A stretch of DNA of 64,000 bases, from NCBI GenBank assembly GCA_965287045.1, contig OZ336872.1, positions 74,710,001-74,774,000 of the forward strand, in the 5' to 3' direction. Below the pieces are notes generated by a model. It saw only the letters and a program-made list of their open reading frames with translations, was not told the origin of the DNA and searched no databases. A program made the position numbers and the translations under genes. Source of the stretch: Carcharhinus amblyrhynchos (lineage: Eukaryota). Below are positions 54,355-64,000 of the stretch, one piece after another; position 1 is the first letter of the stretch, and each line of letters starts with the position of its first letter.

Positions 54355-54690
54355 ATACATAAGTCTTATTCTATGTTTGTATATTTAAACCGTATATAAA
54401 CTATATTCCCCCACTATAAACCTTATTCCCAACCCCTTTATATAAACCTTATTCGCTGTTCTAGTTTATGAACCATAAGGCCAGCCGTCTATATAATAAC
54501 CCTTATCCCAATCTCCTAGATATAAACCTAATTCCCGCCCTATGTTTATTCCTGCCCATATACATATAACTTATTCTCTGCCCATCCATATCAAACCTGT
54601 CCCTAACTCCTGTAATAAACCTTATTGTTGCTCTCTTTATATACATTATTCCAGCCTCTGACATAAGTGAACTTTATTCCTCCCATCCTT
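54355..54690. repeat. Degenerate minisatellite with core TATAAACCTTATTCCC, period about 22-30 bp
   Basis: About 11-12 diverged units, e.g. tataaactatattccc, tataaaccttattccc, tataaaccttattcgc, tataaacctaattccc, aataaaccttattg. Confidence 0.8.
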
Positions 54691-56531
54691 CTTTCAGAAA
54701 CATCTTACTTCTGTTGCCCTATCAAAACCAGTATAAGTTTATAACAACTGCATTGCTTCCTTTTGAGTTAAAGCTGCATATTTTTCAGAGTTTGTAGTAG
54801 GTTTTTACAACTTACAAAATCCATGACAATGATTTGTAAATCTGGGCCACTTGTTTTTGTGGTTTAATTTGCTTGGTTGAACCATTGTGTCTTTGTTGAA
54901 TGATCTTGCTCTTAGGTGATGGCATCATATACACCCTTCCCTCTGATCCATGATATACACACCTGTATTGCCTATCAGGCAACTTCCATATTATTTCCCC
55001 AAGTTTGCAGCTTATGCTAGACCTCAAGCTCTACCAAAGATTAAACACAAATTAGACTACTTGCTGCAGTGACCGCAGTGAGTTATATTCCTTGCTGATG
55101 TGAAAATCTTCAGCAGAATGCCTCAGATCCACACTCAATTTTTCAAGTTGTGACACAATGGAACTTCCAGATTCTAATTTTGTAGTGGTACCTAAAAACA
55201 CAAATAAAAATCCCAAACATAAATGTCTATAAGTGCAAAACCTGCACAGCCAGAATTTGCCTCAGTGACTGCTCTTGTATGAGCACTTGGGATGCTGAAG
55301 GGTGCAAGGTTACAGACCAAATGTTGAGAAATGGGATTAGAGTAGATAGGTGCTTGATGGCTGATGCAGGTACGATGGGCTGAAGGGCCTGTATAACTCT
55401 ATGATTCTGTGACAAGCATTGGTTAATGCCAGTGTGATCAATAGGATATCTGCCAATGTAGGAGGAATTTATGGGGCTTCCAATAAAGCCCTTAGACATC
55501 TCGATGACTGTTATTGTGTCTGTAATGCAGCCTCATGGGGTAACTGGCATGTTTTCATGAAGATTTACCATTTTATCTGGTAGTCTAAAGTAGGTCCATA
55601 GAATCCAGATTATCTTAATTCAATATAAATGACTACAATTCAGGGCAACCTTGTTGTCCCAATATTTCTGGATGTGAATGCCACTATTTGAGCTTTTTCT
55701 TACTGCCTAGAACTTGTGCTCATGGCAGAATGGTAGTTTGCATAGAGAGGAAAAGCCTTCAATGAACTGTAATCTGTAACCTCATTTGTGTCGTGAGTGG
55801 GATAGAACTCTTTGCAACTTATAAATTCACTGTGCTAGAAATCTTGTGGAATTCCCACAGTGTTCTGTTCACTCTGAAAGATGATAAATAACAGCCAATC
55901 AGGCTATTATGTTCAAGCTAAGGCCAACTAGTGACAGCACAAGAAGCAGAAAAACACCAAGTTACTTATAATACAGATATTGAAGGGCACATTAAAGATA
56001 GAATCAAACTGTTCCCCTTCAAACATACGTATTTGAAGGAATGATTCCCTTCAGCGATGTCACACTGTTTAACTTCACGAGCAGCCTGAATTAAAGTCAA
56101 GCAGCTAAGTCAGTGATTTCATGCCAAAATAGACCTTTCACATCAAAAGTATTAATGTTAAGACAATTACCATCTACTCCAAGAAGCATATCACTAGGAA
56201 TTATGTACTTGTTCACCTCAATCTGCACGGCAACATGTAAAAAGAAACTGCCAAATTAGGAAGCAAAATTTGACTCCATGTGATAACTGACAGTGGCACA
56301 GCTGTTTTTTATCCAAAGTGAAGATGGGTCTGCTCAGCTCTCTTCAGTGGCCTGACAAAGATCTCTTTTAAAAATTGAGATATTTGAAGCCAATTTTTAA
56401 ATCACTTTTTATCTCATCTAAAGAGGAAAACAAAATAAAAATCCCCTGAATTGTTGCAGTAAGGTTAAACTTGTGTCATGGAAAGGCTGCATTGCAGTAT
56501 AAAATGATTTCAGCCTGTGTCCTTTCTTTGA

Positions 56532-56630
<99 letters not shown>

Positions 56631-56910
56631 TGAGTAAAATCTGAAGATGTGGTGTGTGCAAAGGGCATGTAACATATAACATTTCCAAACAAATTCACTC
56701 TGATTGTTTCCTGTCCTTTTGATTTTTCTTTGTGGAAGATAAGGGCCATGTATAACTTTCCTAGCCTGGTCAGAATAAATATACTTTAATTAATTTCACA
56801 TCAACTAAGATACACAACTTCCAAAATGTCTTCAGTCCACATTCTGTGTTAGACTTAATGAGAACCTTGATGAGATTAATATTTTCTTTTGTAATGCAGT
56901 ACTGATCTAG

Positions 56911-57102
<192 letters not shown>

Positions 57103-57731
57103 TGACAGAGAATTTTAAAAGATACTTAGGGAACTGAATTAAACTTATATTGGGTAATGAAGCAGGTAATGTAGAGCAAACCTTCAGTCCTGGAGCTCTG
57201 TTTCTGATGAACAATGTGTCCTACCCACAGGATTTAATAAAATAAAGTAGCAAATATAACCCCACTATTTAAGAATGGAAGGAGAGAAACATTCGGGAAG
57301 TTACAAACCAGTTAGCCTAACATCAATTGTAGGGAAAATGCTGGAATTTGTCATAAAGGAAGTAATAAAAGAACATTTAGAAAATAGTGTTAGGATTGGG
57401 CAGAGCCAATGTTCATTTACGTAAGGGAAATTATGTTTACTAAACGTGTTGGGAGTTTTTTGAGAATATAACCAGGGGAACAGGTGAATGTGAAAAGCTT
57501 TGATAAGGCTAATAAGGAGGTTAGTAAACAAAATTAGAGCACATGGTATTGAGGGGGGAATATATTGACATGGATTGAGAACTGGTTAACAGACAGAAAG
57601 TGGTAGGAATAATAAAAGGGTCATTTTCAAGTTGGCAGGCCATAACTAATGGGGTCTTGCAAAGAACAGTGCTTGGGCCCCAACTATTCACAATCTATAT
57701 CAGTGATCTGGATGTGAGGATTAAATGTAAT

Positions 57732-58237
57732 GGACAGGATTTTCCAACCTTTCCCGCTAGTGGGATGTTCTAGTCCAGCTGAGGTAACCCCCCTGGCAAA
57801 TTCCTCTGCAGAGAGGCAGATGAGCCTTGCAAACACCCCTAGACTCAGTATGGTGACACAGTGGTTAGCACTGCTGCCTCACAGTGCCAGGGACCAAAGT
57901 TTGATTCCAGCCTTAGGTGACAGGTCTGTGTGGAGTTTTCCCTGTGTCTGCATGGGTTTCCTCTGGGTGCTCCAGTTTTCTTCCATGGTCCAAAGATGTG
58001 CAGGTTAGGTTGATTGGTCATGGCAAATGCATGAGGTTATGGGGAAGGGCGGTGTTGGGCCTGGGTGGGATGCTCTTTTGGAGAGTCAGTGCAGACTTGA
58101 TGGGCTGAACGGTCTACTTCTGGAGCGTGGGGATTTTATGGTTCTGTGGACTTTGGTGGAACCTTGTTGACAGCCACTGGCTCTTCACATCAGCTTTGGG
58201 AAAACCCACCATGGCGGGGGACTGGAAAATCCAGGCC
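57732..58237. mobile_element. MITE with 15-bp terminal inverted repeats and a 3-bp target-site duplication (PIF/Harbinger-like)
   Basis: ggacaggattttcca ... tggaaaatccaggcc (13/15 complementary); flanks AAT and AGT; removing it restores the CR1 reading GIKCN-ISRFEDATNLGG. Confidence 0.75.
57848..58147 (+). mobile_element. HE1/V-SINE-type SINE nested in the MITE
   Basis: gtggttagcactgctgcctcacagtgccaggg head, caaagatgtgcaggttaggttgattgg core, gatgggctgaa tail. Confidence 0.88.
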
Positions 58238-58865
58238 AGTATTTCCAGGTTTGAAGATGCCACAAATCTAGGTGGAAGCGTGAGTTATGAGGCAGATACC
58301 GCTGTAACTTCGCGCACAAAAGGTAGTTGAAGGCATCAGTAAATTCAAACTGCTGTATATACAAAGAAACATCAACTTATATTACAGCAAGAACTCAGGA
58401 CCGGGAGCAGCAGTTAGTGCACAGGTCCACATTCGAAGATAAACCTGTGAAACCCGCACTGCTGATGATGCCAGTCCGTGCAAGCATTCAACTGTTGACA
58501 TCAGCAAACGAATTTAAATAAGAAGATGCTAATGATAGCATTTTATAACAAATGCAAGAATGCTTTGGGAGATTTAGAGGGGCTAAGTGCATGGGCAAAA
58601 ATTTAAATGTAATACAATAGTGAGGCTAGAGAGTGTTAAACTTCAAAAGGTGACCTAAAATGTAGCTAAAAGGTAGGTACAGCAAGCAATTAAACAGACT
58701 AATTGTATATTGGCTTTTGTTACAAGAGGATTGAGTATAAGAGTAAAGATGTCTTATTGCAATTATATATAGCCTTGGTGAGATCACACTTGAAGTATTG
58801 TATACAGTTTTAGTCACCTTATCTAAGGAAAGATGTACTTGCCATAGAGGAAGTGCAACAAAGAT

Positions 58866-59237
58866 TTTTTTTTGATTCATTTATGGGATGTGGATGTCAC
58901 TGGCTAGGGCAGCATTTATTGTCCATCCCTAATTGTCCGTGAGAAAGTAGTGGTGAGCCGCCTCCTTGAACTGCTGCAGTTCCCTGTGGTGAAGGTATAC
59001 CCACAATACTGTTAGGGAGTGAGTTCCAGAATTTTGTCCCCAGTGACAGTGAAGGAACTGCAATATAATTCCAGGTCAGGATGGTGAGTGACTTGGAATT
59101 TCCAGATAGTGCTATTCCCATGTGTCTGCCACCTTTGTCCTTCTAAATGGTCACAGTCTTGGGTTTGGAAAGTGCTGCCTAAAGACCACTGGTGATTTCC
59201 TGCAGTGCATCTCGTAGACATTACACACTACTACCAT
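58866..59237 (-). mobile_element. 3' end of the second LINE family inserted antisense into the CR1
   Basis: Reverse complement of ~19590-19965 (gggatgtgg..ggcagcatttattgtccatccctaattg..ctgcagtgcatct). Confidence 0.85.
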
Positions 59238-60139
59238 GTAACTAATTCCTGAGATGAAGAGATTGACCTGTGAGGAAAGATTAAATAAACCAGGCTTTTA
59301 TTCTCTCGAGTTTAGGAAAATGAAAGGTAATATCATTCAAACACACAAAATTCTTACTGGGCTCAACATAGTGGATGCAGGCAGATGTTTCCCTTATCTG
59401 AGGGGGTCTAGAACCAGAAAGGACAGTCTCTCAGTAAGGGGGAGATCATTTAGGACTGGAATGAAGAGCAATTTTTCCACTCAGAGGGTGGCGAATCTTT
59501 GTAATTCCCTGCCCAGAGGACTGTGGAGGTTCAATCACTGATTATGTTCAAGACTAAGATGGATAGATTTCTATAGATTAAAAACATCAAAGGGTACAGG
59601 GATAGTGCAGGAAAATGTCATTGAAGTGAAAGATCAGCCAATAGATAGCAGAGTGAACCAGAAGGGCTGAAGAGCCAACTCCTACTCCTCTTTATATTCT
59701 TATGTCATTTTTTTTCCTTCCCTCACTTAGTAGTGTATGAGGCAGGCAAATTGAGTGTTTCGATAGTTAGTTTTTCCTAACCAGAGGCAGTGACTTCAGG
59801 GGTGCCACTTCCCATCAAGCATAGTTGACAAAAAGTCTTTCCCATTGTTTCCACCAACTGCATTCAGATTAGAAAGATTTACAAACTGCTAACCAAACTA
59901 CTTGGCTATGTTATGAACGCACCTTCTGTGGTCATCAAGTCCTGGAGAGTTCCCTCTATATATGTCTACCAGATGTTTAATTCCATTATGCATTTCTCAC
60001 TCATTTGTTCAAATACCACACATTGGAAAACAGATTTCAATCCTGGAAACCATTAGGGATAAAAGTTTAGGAGACCATAGGAGTTGGTGTACATTGAAAC
60101 GAAGCACTGTTATTACCTACTCTTAAAGGAGCTATATCA

Positions 60140-61388
60140 TGTGTTTGTGAGTGGAAAATCATGTCTCATAAATTTGATTGAGTTTTTTGAAGGGGTTACC
60201 AAGAAGGCAGATGAGGGCAGTGCAGTTGATGTTGTCTACATGGACTTTGACAAGGTACCGCATGGTAGGTTGTTGCATAAAGTTAAATCTCATGGGATCA
60301 AAGGTGATGTATCTAAATGGATACAAAATTGACAGAAGCCAGAGGGTGGTTGTAGAGAGCTGTTTTCCAAACTGGAGGCCTGTGACCAACGGTGTGCCTC
60401 AGGGATCAGCGCTGGGCCCACTGTTATTTGTCATTTATTTTAATGATTTAATAGAACATAGAACATAGAACACTACATACTGGGGCCATGGTTAGTAAGT
60501 TTGCAGATAACACCAAGATTCATGGCATAGCGGAGAGTGAAGGAAGTTATCTCCAATTGCAATGGAATCTTGATCAATTGGGCCAGTGGGCTGACGAATG
60601 GCAGATGGAGTTTAATTTAGACAAATGCGAGGTGATGCATTTGCAGATTGAACCAGGGCAGGACTTACTCAGTTAATGGTAGGGCACTGGGGAGAGTTAC
60701 AAAACAAAGAGATCTAGGGGTACATGTTCATTGCTCTTTGAAAGTAGAGTCACAGGTGGACAGAGTGGTGAACAAGGCATTCGTCATGCTTGGTTTCATC
60801 AGTCAGAACATTACAGGAATTGTACAGGACATTGGTAAGGCCAATGTCTTGTACAATTGTGGTCACCCTATTATAGGAAGGATATTATTAAACTAGAAAG
60901 AGTGCAGAAAAGATTTACTAGGATGCTACAGGGCTTGATGGAGTGAGTTATAAGGAGAGGCTGAATAGACTGGGACTTTTTCTTTTGGAGGTAGGAAGCT
61001 GAGGGGTGACCTTATAGAGGTCTATAAAATAATGAGGGCCATAGACAAGATAGATAGTCATTTTCTTTTCCCTAAAGTAGGGGAGTCTAAAACTAGAGGG
61101 CATAGGTTTAAGCTAAGGGGGGAGAAATACAAAAGTGTCCAGAGGGGCAACTTTTTCACACAGTGGGTGGTGAGTGTCTGGAACAAGCTGCCAGAGATAG
61201 TATTAGAGGCGGGTATAATTTTACCTTTTAAAAAGCATTTAGATAGCTACATGGGTACAATGGGTATAGAGAGATATGGGCCAAATGTGGGCAATTGGGG
61301 TTAGCTTAGGGGTTTTAAAAAAAAGGGCAGCATGGACGAGTTGGGCCGAAGGACCTGTTTCCATGCTGTAAACCTCTGTGACTCTATT
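60140..61388 (+). mobile_element. 5'-truncated CR1 LINE, relatively young
   Basis: [94 protein letters not shown]; 3' tail ttgggccgaaggacctgtttccatgctgta; a short (atagaac)n insert at ~60450. Confidence 0.92.
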
Positions 61389-61531
61389 GTTCTGTCCTAG
61401 TTTGGCCAAATATTAAATGTGAAGGTTAACCCTGTTCAAGGAATGAGAATGGCTATGGCTCAGTAAGTGTTCTTAATACTATAAAGCCAGTCTAGCAATA
61501 TGTTAAATTACATGCAACTTTCCATTGGCAG

Positions 61532-61629
61532 CAAATTTTGGACAAGAAACAGACCTGGCGATAAAATGAGGGATCGCTATAATCTCAATCTGCTGCCAGG
61601 GATGTCAGATGAAGCAGTTGGCGAGTATG
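61532..61629 (+). CDS. WDR33: WDR33 exon 12
   Basis: tggcag|CAAATT...GTATG|gtaaga; KFWTRNRPGDKMRDRYNLNLLPGMSDEAVGEY; 98 nt. Confidence 0.95.
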
Positions 61630-62032
61630 GTAAGAATCGAAAAGGCAGTATCCGAATTTATGTACTACTTTACAGGGTCATAAATAGTAGAAGAGACCAG
61701 ACTATACTTTCATTTCAGTAAATTAAATAACTTCCTGCTAAGAAACAAACCATCAGAAAACATTATTTAATGTACAGAATATAATACAACATGATCATGG
61801 GCTATAGCAAGATTGCAAATCTTGTTAAATGCACAGTCCTATCAGAAATACCTCACACTAAATAGTTCCATGTGTGGTGAGAATGTGTCACTCAGCCACT
61901 GACCAGCACAGGAGTTGTTTACTGCCTCACACACTTCCTGTAAACGGAAATAAACATTTAAGCACAATATTTCATAAAGATGGAACTTTCTGCACACACC
62001 CTGAACTTTTATTTACATTTGGAATTCCACAG

Positions 62033-62119
62033 ATGACATTGAACCCAACAGTCTATCGAGTATTCCTGGGATGGGTATTCCGGAACAACTGAAACAGGCT
62101 TTGGAACTAGAGCAGGCCA
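62033..62119 (+). CDS. WDR33: WDR33 exon 13
   Basis: ccacag|ATGACA...AGGCCA|gtaagt; (D)DIEPNSLSSIPGMGIPEQLKQALELEQA; 87 nt. Confidence 0.93.
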
Positions 62120-62671
62120 GTAAGTAGATCACAGAATTTTATATTGTCAGTAAGCAGATTTTACCTCTTGTACACGAATCTGTGTTTTGACCAACTGAAC
62201 CATTTGCATTATCATTCTGTTAAATTTGTCACTAAAGTTGGCGCAACATAGTTGAATAGTTGTTCAATTCAAATATAAAGAATTGTCTTCTGGGTGAGTT
62301 ATTCAAATACCAATCCCACTGGGACACTACCTCAGCAGAAAGTTAGCCCCTTAAGTAGAGCAAAGGAAACAAATTGGCAAAGTGGAGGGCGAAAGATAAA
62401 TATTTGATGCAATCTAATAAAACTCAGCAGAGAAGTCACATTGTTTATCTAGCACAGCACCATAACAAAGATAACTAATTATATTATTTGCTAAAGTAAA
62501 AACAGGCACTTATTGGATACTGCTGAGGGTCAGCATACCAGCAATTCTTTCATTAAAAAAAAATTTTGGCTGCACTTATGATCTTTAGATCTGTTAAAGT
62601 GAGTCACGTGAAAACAATTCAAAAATCTGCTACTTGGTTTCATAGCCTTCTAAAGCCTGATTTATTTACAG

Positions 62672-62811
62672 ACAAAGAAGAGGTGAATGAGGTGGAGATG
62701 GCAATCCCAGGATTGGATTGGGGCATGGATGAGATGATGTTAAAGGATCAGAAGAAAGTGATACAGAAGAAAGTACCCTATGCAAAGCCAATTCCTGTGC
62801 AGTTTCAACAG
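62672..62811 (+). CDS. WDR33: WDR33 exon 14
   Basis: ttacag|ACAAAG...CAACAG|gtcgga; (N)KEEVNEVEMAIPGLDWGMDEMMLKDQKKVIQKKVPYAKPIPVQFQQ; 140 nt. Confidence 0.94.
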
Positions 62812-63669
62812 GTCGGATAGATCTAGTATAATTCACTCCTGTTTAATTGACCTGTTTTGAACTCATTATATGATGCATACTGAGCTAGAAGGATCTATGA
62901 AGAAAGAAACAATATTAACATTGCATTTTGATGATCCTTCATCAGAAACGATCTAATAGTTGAGTAGCCCATTGCCATTCATTACATAGACTCTTGCATG
63001 ACTACTTGGAAAAGGGAATGGACACTGCCACTGTTTAGAGAACCTTATTATATCTAACTTTGGGAGAGTGAGGGTATACTGGGTAAGATGGAGAGTATGC
63101 AGGGTTTCTTCTTTTATGGGGTGAAGGCATTTGCTAGACAATTTCAGATGGTAGTTAATTGCTACAAGCCTGGAGTCACATATAGACCGGGTAAAGATGG
63201 CAGATTTCCCCCTCTTCAAAGACATTAATGATTTTTGCAACAATCACTACGACTGAGACTAGCTTTATGTTCCAGATTTATTAATTGAATTTTATTAATT
63301 GAATTTCGCTTTGCCGGTTGCCGTGGTAGGATTTGGACCCATGTCACTAGGCTATTAGCCTGGACTTCTGGATTTATTAGTCAGTGACATTACGGTTATG
63401 CCACCATCTCCCCTCCTTGCATTATCCCCATGATATGTATGTATTAAACAACTAATTTGCATCAACTACAGAACGTATTCCTGGCTTACTTAAAGCAAAT
63501 TTCCACTCGTTTTTACAAGTGCAAATGAAACCTCACCATCCACTGTGTGAACATCATTCAGTGAAGCGGGCAGTTAGGAATTTAAAGCGACAGAAACATG
63601 GGAAAATAGTGGGATTTTAAGATGGGAAACAGATGTGAATGTTATGTAATCTCTACCTTCTGACTGCAG

Positions 63670-63822
63670 GCATGGTCCCAAAATAAGGTTCTCACAGTCC
63701 CTATTGAAGAACCAAAGATTGAAAGGACGGAAGAGAAGAAACAGGATGAAAAGAAGAAATCTCAAGCAGAGATTGAGCAAGAGATGGCAGCTCTACAATA
63801 CACCAATCCGCTGCTCTTAGAG
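63670..63822 (+). CDS. WDR33: WDR33 exon 15; the gene continues beyond the window
   Basis: ctgcag|GCATGG...TTAGAG|gttagg; AWSQNKVLTVPIEEPKIERTEEKKQDEKKKSQAEIEQEMAALQYTNPLLLE; 153 nt. Confidence 0.93.
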
Positions 63823-64000
63823 GTTAGGGGAGATTGCAATTCCTTCCTTATAACCTGGGCGCTTCAAATGTGTTGTCAGTGGCTCTTTAAAAGTTTATTT
63901 GTAGGTATTAGCTCTTAAATATCTTTGTTAGCATGAATAGAAATGCAAACTAAATTGTTGGAATCTTTGACTATTGATTGTTGGATCCAACGGATGAAGC

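Larger units (their letters stand above)
57250..59703 (+). mobile_element. CR1 LINE (RT to 3' end) carrying several nested insertions
   Basis: YKPVSLTSIVGKMLE at 57302; LTCEERLNKPGFYSLEFRKMKGN...NFSTQRVANLCNSLP at 59254; interrupted at 57732, ~58300 and ~58866. Confidence 0.88.

Noticed and set aside
54355-54690. CRISPR-like repeat-spacer appearance
   Set aside because: Eukaryotic intron, short degenerate repeats, short mutually similar spacers and no cas genes; it is a minisatellite.

Overview
This is vertebrate genomic DNA, not prokaryotic. The repeat content (HE1/V-SINE-type and SacSINE1/DeuSINE-type SINEs, CR1/L2 LINEs, Penelope termini) points to a cartilaginous fish, probably a shark. 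The whole window lies inside one + strand gene, WDR33, the AAUAAA-binding WD40 subunit of the CPSF polyadenylation complex. I traced 14 consecutive coding exons (856..63822, 558 codons). All have GT-AG junctions in consistent phase; they are numbered 2-15 by analogy to human. Non-coding exon 1 and the 3' exons lie outside the window. Introns carry decayed TEs: a Gypsy LTR element, CR1/L2 LINEs, SINEs, MITEs and Penelope ends with decayed hammerhead ribozymes. Most notable signal: exon 6 reads through a weak donor into a 122-codon hydrophobic intronic ORF that ends in a dense cluster of poly(A) signals. It resembles, from memory, the tail of the human intron-6-polyadenylated, membrane-associated, STING-regulating isoform WDR33-V2. 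This suggests the isoform, and possibly an autoregulatory intronic-polyadenylation switch, dates to the jawed-vertebrate ancestor. Exon coordinates are base-exact; repeat boundaries are approximate, and family names come from recognition without database searches.
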